64,000 nucleotides of DNA. It comes from Cyanobacteria bacterium P01_A01_bin.123 (GTDB lineage: Bacteria > Cyanobacteriota > Cyanobacteriia > Phormidesmidales > Phormidesmidaceae). Position numbers and translations under genes: made by a program. The notes under the pieces are model-generated. The model saw only the letters and a program-made list of their open reading frames with translations. It was not told the origin of the DNA and did not search any database. The stretch spans positions 64,001 through 128,000 of the forward strand of contig JBCBZT010000007.1 of the NCBI GenBank assembly GCA_039815185.1, in the 5' to 3' direction. This document shows positions 28,318-38,358 of the stretch, piece by piece (position 1 is the first letter of the stretch; every line of letters begins with the position of its first letter).

Positions 28318-29864
28318 AGTGAGTTGGGTAACCAAACTAAAAATGCAGTACCAGAGCCTTGGTTATGGAGGGCTTGGGTGAGCGCTTGGAGCCGCTCGCG
28401 GGGGATGTAGGGGCAGGTTGCTACGGGGCTGAAGACAGCTGTTTCCCCAGCCATACGGATGACTAAATCTTGGGCGATCGCCAACCCCAATCCACTACCT
28501 GGAATGTTGCTATGGGCTTGGATCCCCCGATAGTGCCGATCGAAGATGTGATCGAGATCTTGAGTCGGAATGCCTGGCCCGCTATCGGCGATCAACACGC
28601 CATAAGCCTTAGAATTCGGTTCTGACTGGGGAAAACCTGCCCGGACGTAAAGCCAAGCGCCTTCGGGAGAGTACTTTAAGGCATTCTCTAGCAAGTTATT
28701 CAACACCTCCTCGAGTGCTTGGGGATTGATGTTGACCTGCGGAAACTGATCAGGTAAATCGGTATAGACAGAGATATTACGCAATTGTGCAATTGCCCGG
28801 GTAGAGTCTAACAGCGGCGGCAAAATCATCCCTAGATCATAGGGACTTATTTCTAAGTCAATGCCAAATGCAGTGGGTGGTAACAGCGCTTGAGCAGTAC
28901 TTACCGAAGGATCTTTTACCCCAGCAGGCTGAGATTCGAAATCCTCATCTTCGAAGACGTCATATTCTTCTGTGGCCGCGTCTAAGGTTCTAACCCCGTC
29001 GAAGGGGACAACGTGTGTGTTCTGATCATCTGCTGTTGCGTTGAGCCGTAAGGATGGCAAGGCAGTGGGATGATCTTGCCAATAGCGATCGCCCGCATCC
29101 AATGTTTGATCAAATTGCTGGAGTAAGGCCTGTAAGTGATCGCTTTCGCGCACAATGCTGGCAAGAATTTTCTGACTATTATCGTCACTCAGATGATCTT
29201 TCTCGGCTTGAAGCCGCTTAATTAAGAGTTTGCCAAAGGTGCGTAAGGCGGTGAGGGGATTGCGAAACTGGTGCAGCAAATCATGGAACCCTTGGGATTG
29301 CTGATCTTGGACTAACTGTTTTTGTTGTAGATTGCGTTGCAGCCAGCGATTTTGCTGATCCATAAAGCAGGCGATCGCTAAAGTCTGGGCCACCCGCTTC
29401 ACTTGGGTATGTTCTTGATCACTCCAGGGGCGATCGAACCGAGTGGTGACCAAAAACCCCAAAACCGCACCGTCGTGCATCAACGGCAGCACCAACTTGC
29501 CCATTTCGCCTGTAGAAGGTCCATCGGCCAGCGCAGGAGACCTACTTCCCAACGCCTTAGACAAGGTTTGTTCACGGGGAATTAGTGTTGTAGAGAATGG
29601 CAAATCAACGGATGGGGCATACGGATCAAGCACCGTAGGATTTTGGTCATTGGGTGGCGTAGCCTGACCTGGTAAGGTCAGTTGGGGATAGGCTCTGGCT
29701 GAGTCACCTTCATCGGGATAGACCAAAATCGGTACCAGCTCAGCATCTTGTTCCCCAGCCCAGTGTTTTGCCATATAAACGACAACAGACGCTGCTCCCA
29801 GTGTTTGCGTCAGCAAACCGATCTGAGATTGGCACAAGGTCATGAAATCTGGGCTAATGGCCAT
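28314..29864 (-). CDS. hik2: GAF-domain sensor histidine kinase, Hik2/CSK-like
   Basis: N-terminal DFMTLCQSQIGLL; H-box DLLHQFRNPLTA; N-box NLLENALKYS; DSGPGI; GSGLGL. Confidence 0.8.
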   Translation of the reverse strand: MAISPDFMTLCQSQIGLLTQTLGAASVVVYMAKHWAGEQDAELVPILVYPDEGDSARAYPQLTLPGQATPPNDQNPTVLDPYAPSVDLPFSTTLIPREQTLSKALGSRSPALADGPSTGEMGKLVLPLMHDGAVLGFLVTTRFDRPWSDQEHTQVKRVAQTLAIACFMDQQNRWLQRNLQQKQLVQDQQSQGFHDLLHQFRNPLTALRTFGKLLIKRLQAEKDHLSDDNSQKILASIVRESDHLQALLQQFDQTLDAGDRYWQDHPTALPSLRLNATADDQNTHVVPFDGVRTLDAATEEYDVFEDEDFESQPAGVKDPSVSTAQALLPPTAFGIDLEISPYDLGMILPPLLDSTRAIAQLRNISVYTDLPDQFPQVNINPQALEEVLNNLLENALKYSPEGAWLYVRAGFPQSEPNSKAYGVLIADSGPGIPTQDLDHIFDRHYRGIQAHSNIPGSGLGLAIAQDLVIRMAGETAVFSPVATCPYIPRERLQALTQALHNQGSGTAFLVWLPNSL

Positions 29865-30117
29865 GGGCTAGTCGAGACTCAAATTATGAGAAAATTTGCA
29901 GAAATTAAGTTTTTATAAATTTTTTTGGGTCTGTTCCAAGCAACTAGGGTCACCGTAAACGCTTGATGTCGTTGGAGTCTTCACATTTTCTGAAGACCTC
30001 ACCAGATATTTAAGAGATGTTGAAATTCTAATGTCTAACCGATATACTTGCCTGGGTCAAGAAATTTGTAACCACCACTACATCTGGCCTGTAATAGTTA
30101 AATAGGAGGTAGGCGGT

Positions 30118-30447
30118 TTGGCACGGAGACGCAAGCGGAAGAGCCGTCGTCGCTTAGAAGGGCGTCGCATCTTAGAATGTGTACCCCAGTATAGTATCGA
30201 GAGCGGCAGCGAGAAACCAGTTACAGCAGCGCGTAATTTCATTCATACTGAGGGGATTGCACCACCAGCCCTATTGCTGGTCAAACGCAACGAACACACC
30301 ACCGATCGATATTTTTGGGCTGAAAAAGGGCTCTTCGGTGCGCAGTATGTTGAAGAAAATCATTTTCTATTCCCAAGCCTGCGACTGGAACAGGATGAAG
30401 AAGATGAGGAGATAGAAGTCCCAACGCTGACTGTTACCAGTCGATAG
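30118..30447 (+). CDS. DUF3155 family conserved cyanobacterial protein
   Basis: MARRRKRKSRRRLEGRRILE...RYFWAEKGLFGAQYVEENHFLFPSL; GGAGG upstream of TTG. Confidence 0.85.
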   Translation: MARRRKRKSRRRLEGRRILECVPQYSIESGSEKPVTAARNFIHTEGIAPPALLLVKRNEHTTDRYFWAEKGLFGAQYVEENHFLFPSLRLEQDEEDEEIEVPTLTVTSR

Positions 30448-30511
30448 CAGGGGCATATATCTAAAGCAACTGTCGATATAGCTAGTTCCTTGTGCTATGT
30501 CGCTCAGGCAT

Positions 30512-30542
30512 TAAGAGGCAAGCCGTAAAGGTTTGCCTCTTA
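30512..30542. terminator. Hairpin between convergent genes
   Basis: TAAGAGGCAAGCC-gtaaa-GGTTTGCCTCTTA. Confidence 0.65.
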
Positions 30543-30691
30543 GCGTTTTAGGTTAGATGATTGCGTCAAAAGATATGCCTAAAATTTCCGTTGTGCCCAA
30601 TTTTGAAGGTTTCTGAACTCAAAATCCCGTTGTGGCCAAGCAGTTCAGTAGGACTCAATCCTTGAGTCCTGCGACTAAAGCTAATAAGTCT

Positions 30692-31249
30692 CTAATGCCC
30701 ACTGTCAGATTTTCCAGACGTTAATGCCAGCGATCGCCGGAGTTGAATCAGTTCATCCCGATGGGCTGTTACCGTTAATCGGCTACCTGTTTGAGTCATC
30801 TGGCTGGAGGGTTGAATTTGAAACGAGACCGATTCATCTCGCCCCGCCCGCTGCCAATAAATGATCCCTGCGATTGGCGCGATCGCCAATAGGCCTAAAG
30901 ACCAAATCCAATAACCGGGGGCAGTATAGGCAATCAACAGATCGAAGCATAGGATTCCTGTGGCTGCCAAGGCTGACAGAAAAACTGCCAAAAAAACACT
31001 GGGGCGGACAAATCCCGTCAGATTAATCCGGCTATTATCCGGTTCAATTGCCGCCACTTGGTAAGCGCGACGCTGAAAATACTGCTTCAGTTGTTCAATC
31101 AGAACTGACTCTGTTTCCCGAGACTCAAACGTGAGTGTTGTGGTTCGGTCTTTAAATGAAGCCCGAATGAAGAAAAACAACCCAATGGCAAGTAGCAGGG
31201 TCAGAAAAAAAGTTGAGCTGAGGATAATACTAGTCACAAACAGAAACAA
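30692..31249 (-). CDS. ccb1: Cytochrome b6f heme ci assembly factor CCB1 (DUF3529)
   Basis: STFFLTLLLAIGLFFFIRASFKDRT...G.VRPS.FLA...AHRDEL. Confidence 0.8.
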   Translation of the reverse strand: MFLFVTSIILSSTFFLTLLLAIGLFFFIRASFKDRTTTLTFESRETESVLIEQLKQYFQRRAYQVAAIEPDNSRINLTGFVRPSVFLAVFLSALAATGILCFDLLIAYTAPGYWIWSLGLLAIAPIAGIIYWQRAGRDESVSFQIQPSSQMTQTGSRLTVTAHRDELIQLRRSLALTSGKSDSGH

Positions 31250-31382
31250 TATTGACGACAGGGGGTGTCATCAAATGGCAAACAGACTTGATTCACCCCC
31301 CTATCAGGGTAAACAAAAACGATTGCTTTTGATCAAAGCCTCACCGCGTAAAAATAGCGGCAAAATGCCTGTAAGGCTTACG

Positions 31383-31772
31383 TTATGAGGATGGAGCAAA
31401 GACTTCGCTTTCATGAGTGACTTGGCGGGCATTGCGGACATTCATGTATTGATGCCATAAATCAGCGAGTTCTCGCGCCTTGAGCTGATAGTCAGGGCTA
31501 AGCCGATACATCCGCCGCGGTCTTCCGCGCCCTTCAACCTTCTTCCAGTAGCCCGTAATTGCGTTTTCGTCTTCTAAGAACTTGAGAGCGCCATAGAGAA
31601 CAGTATCTGAGAGTCGATAGCCTATATATTGCTGTAGTAATGCTTGAATCAACTCTGTACCATAGGAATCCCGATGGATGAGAACGGCTAGAACATAGCA
31701 CACTGCCAATTCCTTATTGAGATAGATCGGCGGGGGATCTGCAAAAAATTGATAGATATCCTCAAATTTCAT
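31383..31772 (-). CDS. pex: PadR-family circadian period extender Pex
   Basis: EDIYQFF.DPPPIYLNKELAVCY, DSYGTEL, YRLSDTVLY, GRGRPRRMY; start at ATG 31772. Confidence 0.85.
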   Translation of the reverse strand: MKFEDIYQFFADPPPIYLNKELAVCYVLAVLIHRDSYGTELIQALLQQYIGYRLSDTVLYGALKFLEDENAITGYWKKVEGRGRPRRMYRLSPDYQLKARELADLWHQYMNVRNARQVTHESEVFAPSS

Positions 31773-32128
31773 AAGGCTGCTCCAAGCTTTTGCAATACGA
31801 AGATCACGAGTAGGACGTAAAAAGTAACGCACTACTAGACTCAATCGAAAGCACGAACCCCATCCCAACCCTCAGAAAGCTTTGACTTGGGGGGTTTTAC
31901 GGGAGCAACTGCTCTAGGTTAAACAACAAAACTAGGCCATTACAATACAAACGAGGCAGCACGAGCCTGGGCGAGGTTTTGTGGTGGATAACAGGGCGCT
32001 TGCTAACGACTTTAGTACTGTCAATTCTAATCACAGACGGTTCCAATCGCTTATTTACTCTGCGAAATGGTTACTCTATACGAACTTTCTTGTTGTTTTT
32101 TAAAGTTCAGGCTAGCCGATGGCAGAAC

Positions 32129-33571
32129 TTAATCAGGCTGAAAGGGTTGAATGTCAATGCTTTCAGCTTCAGGAGGCTGATCTGTAGCAGGCGGAAAATT
32201 GAGTGTCGGAGAGACGTCTATTTGACCGACCTGAACGGTACTAAACACCACTTCCCCCTGACTTAAGGCCAACAAGTCGACCCGCAATGGCCCAGTGGTA
32301 AAAATCGGTTCAGAAGCGACGGCTTGTAACGTCAGGGGTTGCCCATAGGTTCTGATTCGATTGATGAATTGGCTGACAGGGACCACTTCACCATTGGCAA
32401 TTTGCACGACATCTCCGACGACGCCATCCTGGACGGCTCGAAATTGGCTAGAAGCCAAAAGGAGATTGATCTGTTCAAAGATAGCTGGGGCAGAAGGATT
32501 AATGGCCGTTACGCGAGTGGTTGCGAGGAGTTCCCCAGGCTCGTAAATTAGCCGATTTTCAAAGACCTCGAAAAAAACTTGAATACAAGCCGTACGATCG
32601 CGCACAACACAAGGCTCCCCCACCACATAATTGGCTGCAGGCAGTAGCCGGACAAGATACTCATCTCCATCGCGAATCTGATTGATCAAACGGTTGACCT
32701 CTGAGTCAGAAATTTGGATCACCCGTCGATCAAATTGATCAATTCCGGCCGAGATTCGCTCCAGGGCAACGCGATTGGCACGCTGTAGCAGTTGCTCCAC
32801 CAATCGCTGCGCTTGATTCATGTCGTCAACCCGCACTAAACCAGCCAGGATTGGTTCATTGCGACTCAGCGCTAAGCTGCCCTGACGCAGACCGATAAAT
32901 TCCCGTTCAAGACGCAGAATTTCCTGTTCCAGAAAAATTTGTTGGTCTTGTAGCCCTGCAAGTCGTTCTTCTTTTTGGGCAATTTCTGTATCGCGCTGGG
33001 CAATTTCTGCATCACGTTGCTGAATTTGAGCTCGGACTGATGCCTGCTGGCTCAACAGTGTCTGACGCTCCTGTTGGAGGGATGCAATCTCAGATCTGAG
33101 TTCCTGGGCCTGGTTAGATACGCCTTGCAGCTGCGATTGGGTTTGTTGGAGTTGCGACTGAGTTTCTGCTTCCCGGTCAATAGCTGTTTTCAGAGAGCGG
33201 TTAATTTGAGTTAAACGCTGTTTGGCTTGGGCCTGAGCTTGGGTAGATTCGGCTAGGGCTTGTTCTACATCTGCTTGGTCTTGTTGCGCTTGGGTAAGCT
33301 CACTGCGTGTCGTGTTCAGATCGCTTTGCAAATTCTCTAGCTGAAATACCCCCGTTCTCAGCTGATCGCTAATGATAAACAGTAAGCCGAGGGTCGTTCC
33401 AGAGACAACACTCCCCGTGAGTACACTGATGACGGTGGCGGTTTGTTTAGGCCGTAGGTTAAACAAGCTTAACCTGGCTTTGCCAACACGCATGCCAATG
33501 CGATCGCCAACGGTTGCAATCACACCGCCCAGCACTAGTACCGCAACAATTAAAAGATACCCAGTTGTCAT
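32129..33571 (-). CDS. DUF3084 coiled-coil membrane protein
   Basis: GGVIATVGDRIGMRVGKARLSLFNLRPKQTA followed by a long Q-rich coiled coil. Confidence 0.85.
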   Translation of the reverse strand: MTTGYLLIVAVLVLGGVIATVGDRIGMRVGKARLSLFNLRPKQTATVISVLTGSVVSGTTLGLLFIISDQLRTGVFQLENLQSDLNTTRSELTQAQQDQADVEQALAESTQAQAQAKQRLTQINRSLKTAIDREAETQSQLQQTQSQLQGVSNQAQELRSEIASLQQERQTLLSQQASVRAQIQQRDAEIAQRDTEIAQKEERLAGLQDQQIFLEQEILRLEREFIGLRQGSLALSRNEPILAGLVRVDDMNQAQRLVEQLLQRANRVALERISAGIDQFDRRVIQISDSEVNRLINQIRDGDEYLVRLLPAANYVVGEPCVVRDRTACIQVFFEVFENRLIYEPGELLATTRVTAINPSAPAIFEQINLLLASSQFRAVQDGVVGDVVQIANGEVVPVSQFINRIRTYGQPLTLQAVASEPIFTTGPLRVDLLALSQGEVVFSTVQVGQIDVSPTLNFPPATDQPPEAESIDIQPFQPD

Positions 33572-33619
33572 CTGCAGCCCGCAGCAGGTTAGCTTCCAGA
33601 CTACTGCAACTTAACCCTA

Positions 33620-34300
33620 TCAGGTGAACTGCTGACTCAAATTCACAGGATTATGCACCGTAATTTTTTTCTTATGGATGGATATCATGCCTTCTTGACG
33701 TAAATCGCCCAATAGTCGAGTCACAGTAACCCGTGTAGAGCCAATAGCTTCTGCGATCGCTTGGTGGGAAAGCTTTAGATCAACCGTAATGCCATCTTGA
33801 CTCGGAATTCCAAAATCGCGACAGAGAATCAGTAAAAAGCTAACCAGCCGGGATCCCATATCTCGGTGCGCCAAGGTCTCAATCATCATCTCCGTCTGCA
33901 AAATACGAGAGGATAGTCCCTGCAGCATGAGCATCGATAGTTCTGGATTATTTTCTAGCGCCTGCTCAACTTGTTCAATAGGCACTGACAACAGCTCAAC
34001 TGGCGTAAAGGCCACGGCATGATAAAAGCGATCAGACCGATGCCCCGTAATCAGCGAGAGAACACCAAAGACACTATTTTCACGCAGCAATGCGACTGTA
34101 ATCTCCTCCCCAGCCTCGTAGACCCGCGACAGCTTGACAGCGCCTTTAATCAAAAAATAAACCCGCTCTGCCGGATCTCCAGGAAAGAAAATTGTCTTTC
34201 CCCGCTCAAAGGTTTCCACCACAGGTGGGAATGCCCCGCCAGAAATCTGGCGGAACACATTAGCCAATGGCTTATCTTGGGCCACAACATTACCTACCAT
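33620..34300 (-). CDS. ntcA: Global nitrogen regulator NtcA
   Basis: [52 protein letters not shown]. Confidence 0.97.
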   Translation of the reverse strand: MVGNVVAQDKPLANVFRQISGGAFPPVVETFERGKTIFFPGDPAERVYFLIKGAVKLSRVYEAGEEITVALLRENSVFGVLSLITGHRSDRFYHAVAFTPVELLSVPIEQVEQALENNPELSMLMLQGLSSRILQTEMMIETLAHRDMGSRLVSFLLILCRDFGIPSQDGITVDLKLSHQAIAEAIGSTRVTVTRLLGDLRQEGMISIHKKKITVHNPVNLSQQFT

Positions 34301-34374
34301 TGCTAAAAAGTCCAGATAGTCTGGAATCCATTACATCTCTATAAACGCTCGTCTATAGCACTGACAAGAAATAC

Positions 34375-34388
34375 GTATCTAAAATTAC
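34375..34388. promoter_or_regulatory. NtcA box (proximal)
   Basis: GTA-TCTAAAAT-TAC matches GTA-N8-TAC, upstream of ntcA. Confidence 0.6.
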
Positions 34389-34456
34389 AAACGAATACCA
34401 AATGCCAGAGAATTTTAACTTTAGAACACTTAACCTTAAGTCCTCACTGCTTTTTT

Positions 34457-34470
34457 GTATAAGAAAATAC
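34457..34470. promoter_or_regulatory. NtcA box (distal)
   Basis: GTA-TAAGAAAA-TAC matches GTA-N8-TAC with an AT-rich flank. Confidence 0.65.
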
Positions 34471-34727
34471 CTAAAGTCTTCAAACCGGATATAAAGTTTG
34501 AGAATTCATAGGTTTTGCCCTATGCTTGCGTCCGCTGGAGTGTCTCAAGGCACTCCTAAGATGGCTTAGCTCAAGCCCCAACCCCCTCTCCAATGATCAG
34601 ATTTTGTGTCCCGAGGTTAGTTAAAGTCCCTACCAAGTTCACTCTTTTTTAGGATTCTGGCTATTCCCCTACCTCTAAGTCCCCGTTTTTGAGTATTCTC
34701 CATAGGTGCGCCTCTAAGAGAATAACC

Positions 34728-35504
34728 ATGCTAGACCTGACTGGAAAAAACGCGCTCGTAACGGGAATTGCGAACAATCGCTCGATTGCCTGGGGCATTG
34801 CCCAACAACTCCACAAGGCTGGAGCTAATTTGGGGATCACTTATTTGCCTGATGATCGAGGACGCATGGAGAAAAAGGTGGCTGAATTGGTAGAGCCGCT
34901 AAATCCTGGTCTTTTTCTACCCTGTAACGTGCAAGACGAAGCTCAGGTGGCGATCACCTTTGAAGCGATTAGAGAGCAGTGGGGTAAGCTAGACATCTTG
35001 ATCCACTGCTTGGCTTTTGCCAACCGGGATGATTTGACTGGCGACTTTAGCAATACTTCTCGTCAAGTATTTCAAACGGCCCTAGATATTAGTGCTTATT
35101 CGCTGGTTCAACTGGCATCACAAGCCAAAGCGCTAATGACGGATGGGGGCAGCATCGTGACTTTAACCTATTTAGGTGGGGCGCGCGTAGTCCCTAACTA
35201 CAACGTGATGGGAATTGCCAAAGCTGCGCTGGAAATGAATGTCCGTTACCTGGCAGCAGAACTCGGCCCTGAGAAAATTCGCGTCAACGGCATCTCTGCG
35301 GGCCCAATTCGCACCTTAGCCTCTTCCGCGGTGGGTGGGATCTTAGACATGATTCACCATGTTGAATCTGTTGCTCCCCTACGTCGCACAGTAACCCAGC
35401 TGGAGGTTGGCAATGCGGCAGCTTTCTTATGCAGCGATTTGGCCAGTGGCATGACAGGTCAAATCATTTATGTAGATTCGGGTTACGCAATCATGGGAAT
35501 GTAA
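34728..35504 (+). CDS. fabI: Enoyl-ACP reductase FabI
   Basis: GIANNRSIAWGIA, YNVMGIAKAALE, ISAGPIRTLA; divergent from ntcA. Confidence 0.96.
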   Translation: MLDLTGKNALVTGIANNRSIAWGIAQQLHKAGANLGITYLPDDRGRMEKKVAELVEPLNPGLFLPCNVQDEAQVAITFEAIREQWGKLDILIHCLAFANRDDLTGDFSNTSRQVFQTALDISAYSLVQLASQAKALMTDGGSIVTLTYLGGARVVPNYNVMGIAKAALEMNVRYLAAELGPEKIRVNGISAGPIRTLASSAVGGILDMIHHVESVAPLRRTVTQLEVGNAAAFLCSDLASGMTGQIIYVDSGYAIMGM

Positions 35505-35720
35505 TTGGATACCATAATCAGCAACCACTGCAGTAAGGGAGCTAAACCGTACCCATGATGGCAGTTAATGACTGATAAAAGTGGTGACCGATGACAGCAG
35601 TGAGGTGTTCTCCACAGGCATCGCTCAGTAATAACCTATTGATGCGCTGAGCGGCTCTGGATTATTTCGCCAGAGAAGCATCCCGAGAAGCATACAGCAG
35701 AAAATATTTCAAAAAAGCAG

Positions 35721-35783
35721 AAAAGGCATCGACGACTGGCCGTGTTTCGTCTCGATGCCCTCTCTGGTTCGCTCCTCACACAC
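35721..35783 (-). ncRNA. yfr2: Yfr2-family small RNA
   Basis: Minus strand GTGTGTGAGGAGCGAACCAGAGAGGGCATCGAGACGAAACACGGCCAGTCGTCGATGCCTTTT. It has the 5' GTGTGAGGAG motif, a stem with a GAAACA loop, a U-tail, and a TATACT -10 box at 35791-35796. Confidence 0.75.
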
Positions 35784-35873
35784 AAGAGTTAGTATAGGGA
35801 AGCAAAACCGCTTTGTCACTACTTTTAACGGTGTTTATTGGTTAGACTTACTTATGCAATTTCGGCTGATTGA

Positions 35874-36986
35874 TTACAGTTGTATGGGGGCAGCTTTGCC
35901 GATCGCTGTAGTCAATATATGTTGCAGGCTGACCTGGACAGCACGCACAACCCCGCAACTGACTTGGCTATGGGGGAGCGTGCGCGTAGTATTTCGTTTG
36001 GGATTTCCCACTATCATTGGGTATAGACCGTACGGTGCTTGACGTTGGTCGATCGTCTCAAACCTTTGGTAAAGCATTTCTAGGCATCTGATTAGAGCCT
36101 TGCCCTGCTGGTTGCTGTGGGAAGCCACCGACGCATCCCAGAGGGCAATTACAGCGTGAATTAGAGTGCAATAGTTTCTCAGGTAAAGGTGTCTCACCTC
36201 AGACTCGATTAACCATGGTACTGGGTCGGGGCTTAAAATTTGCAGGTACGATGGCCCCCCCAATTCGGTCTGGAATCCTCGCGCTGATTGCTTATTAAGG
36301 GTAATCAAACCCAGTTGTTGGGCGATCGCGAGGCGAGAGCAACAGCGTGCATGAAGATGCTGCCAGGGGAAGCTGGTTGCATCAGTTGGTGTTGAGCCTG
36401 GTTGGATAGTGGTTGGAGCGATCGCCCTATTGTCTCGAACTCGATCCGTTAGGGCTAGATGCATGTCTGATTTGGGTACGGCTGATGCCCATTGTTGGTC
36501 ATCGTTGAGAAAGCTTAACCAAATGCCCAGAGATTGAGGGGTGACAGCACAGTGCATCCAGCCAGACTCTAGAATTGAGACCTCGATGCAGAGGTTAAGG
36601 GTGGAGGTAGGTGTGATACTGCATTGACTGCCTTCAGAGTCATTCGCTAAATGCTGCCGCAATAACGCAACGATGTCTTGGAGGGGTCGCTGCCAGCGCG
36701 ATTGCAGTTGATGCGCGATCGCAGCACGGTAGCAAATTGGAAAGGAATCATCAACTCTGTGAATATCAAGCGCTGTGATCGGTTGTTGTTTATTCCAATT
36801 TAGCCGCTGTTGACGTTGAGAAAACTCATCTGAAGTTTCAAGCGCTATGATCGTGCTTTGGACTAAATCAATAATGCATCTTTTAATAGATGTCTGTACC
36901 TCAACATATCGGGCTATCGAATTTAAATGACCTGACGGGTCAGCCATTAGAATAGTGCACTGGACATTAATTCGACCGTAAACCAC
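35874..36986 (-). CDS. Hypothetical protein with degenerate DALR anticodon-binding-like domain
   Basis: FPWQHLHARCCSRL and SGWMHC resemble ArgRS-related cyanobacterial proteins. Start is uncertain. Confidence 0.6.
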   Translation of the reverse strand: MVYGRINVQCTILMADPSGHLNSIARYVEVQTSIKRCIIDLVQSTIIALETSDEFSQRQQRLNWNKQQPITALDIHRVDDSFPICYRAAIAHQLQSRWQRPLQDIVALLRQHLANDSEGSQCSITPTSTLNLCIEVSILESGWMHCAVTPQSLGIWLSFLNDDQQWASAVPKSDMHLALTDRVRDNRAIAPTTIQPGSTPTDATSFPWQHLHARCCSRLAIAQQLGLITLNKQSARGFQTELGGPSYLQILSPDPVPWLIESEVRHLYLRNYCTLIHAVIALWDASVASHSNQQGKALIRCLEMLYQRFETIDQRQAPYGLYPMIVGNPKRNTTRTLPHSQVSCGVVRAVQVSLQHILTTAIGKAAPIQL

Positions 36987-37386
36987 ATCCGATTAGGAAC
37001 TTGAGTTTTTAGCTCGGGGAAAACTATGAATCTGCAGGTGGCAAAGGTTGAAACGAATGCAATTGACTAGCAATTTCTCGATAGTTCATTCCAGCAGCAG
37101 TTTTTGGATATTTTCTGAATGAAAACATCAACCATAGTGATCATGTTTTACACTAGACCGTTTGCTCCGTAACATAAATATAAATGATACGCCGTGTATA
37201 CTGAGTCAGCTCTGTCTTGAGTATTGCTGGTTCAGTAGTACACTAGCTCGTGAGGAATGTTCTTAAAGTATCGTGTAGATGTTCAAATGCGATTTTGAGA
37301 ACGGTTACAGATTCCTAGGATTGCATATTGTGTGATTGATTGTCCGGTTCTAGCTATCCAATCTCTTTCTACTTGAGTTGTGTGCC

Positions 37387-38094
37387 ATGTATTCATCACC
37401 TTCCGCCGCCAATAGTGCACGTCCCTTTCTTACTTGGCAAAGAATTCTAGATTGGTCTCAAGAACATTATCGATATCGAATTTTTGGTCGTGATGAGCGT
37501 ATTCCTGCCCGATCAGGTTTACTCTACCTCGTGCACCATGGTGCAGTCCGCTTGGTAGGACATTCCCAAGTGAGTGCGAGTATCCGCCAGAAAAGCGGAA
37601 GTTCTCGCCCCCCCTTAATTGCAGCTGAAGAAGCGTTCTTGGGATTTGTAGGAGCAGGGCAACCCTTTGAAATTGTGGCTCAGTCGCCTTTTACCCTACA
37701 AAGTTTTTCCCACGTTGACCAAACGGCTGTTATCTGGCTCTATTGGAATGATTTAGACAATTGGCCCCACTTCCGTCGCGAAGTCTTAGGTGCCTTTCGC
37801 TATCAGCATCAGCGTAAGCTTTTATGGTTGAGTACCTTAGGGCAGCGTCGTACTATTGATCGCTTATTGGGTTTTTTGACCCTACTAGTTGAAGAATATG
37901 GCGAAGCCTGCGATCAAGGCTACTATCTACCTTGGCCGCTCACCCATGCTCAGATTGGTAGCGCGATCGGTTCAACGCGGGTTACGGTGACACGCTTGAT
38001 GGGTAAGTTACGCCAAAGGGGGCTAATTCAAAGTTATGGAGACAACTTGATTTGCCTACCGCTAAACTCTACAGAAAAAATCCAACAGGCATAA
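37387..38094 (+). CDS. devH: Crp/Fnr family regulator, DevH-like
   Basis: [50 protein letters not shown]. Confidence 0.82.
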   Translation: MYSSPSAANSARPFLTWQRILDWSQEHYRYRIFGRDERIPARSGLLYLVHHGAVRLVGHSQVSASIRQKSGSSRPPLIAAEEAFLGFVGAGQPFEIVAQSPFTLQSFSHVDQTAVIWLYWNDLDNWPHFRREVLGAFRYQHQRKLLWLSTLGQRRTIDRLLGFLTLLVEEYGEACDQGYYLPWPLTHAQIGSAIGSTRVTVTRLMGKLRQRGLIQSYGDNLICLPLNSTEKIQQA

Positions 38095-38174
38095 CGTTTA
38101 AGGATGTAGGGACGTATAGGCAAAAATAGATCTGAAATTATTGATGAATTGACTACGAAATCAATACTGGACTC

Positions 38175-38210
38175 GATGCACCCAAATTAATCATTTGGGT
38201 GCATCTTTTT
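38175..38210 (+). terminator. Intrinsic terminator after devH
   Basis: GATGCACCCAAAT-taatc-ATTTGGGTGCATC followed by TTTTT. Confidence 0.8.
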
Positions 38211-38358
38211 GGCAGATTGATATTTTTACAGTTGACGGACAGGGTACTTGACATTCTCATCATGTTCTTAGGGTTTACTCATCTCAGCTCTATGGTGGTT
38301 GCCGCACACTCAGAAGAAATAGCCTAAGCTGTAATTTCAAATAAAATTCTCAAGGACT

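Noticed and set aside
35770..35783. Plus-strand Yfr1 (CTCCTCACAC motif)
   Set aside because: The -10 box, stem and U-tail all fit the minus strand, which matches Yfr2; no downstream plus-strand terminator is evident.
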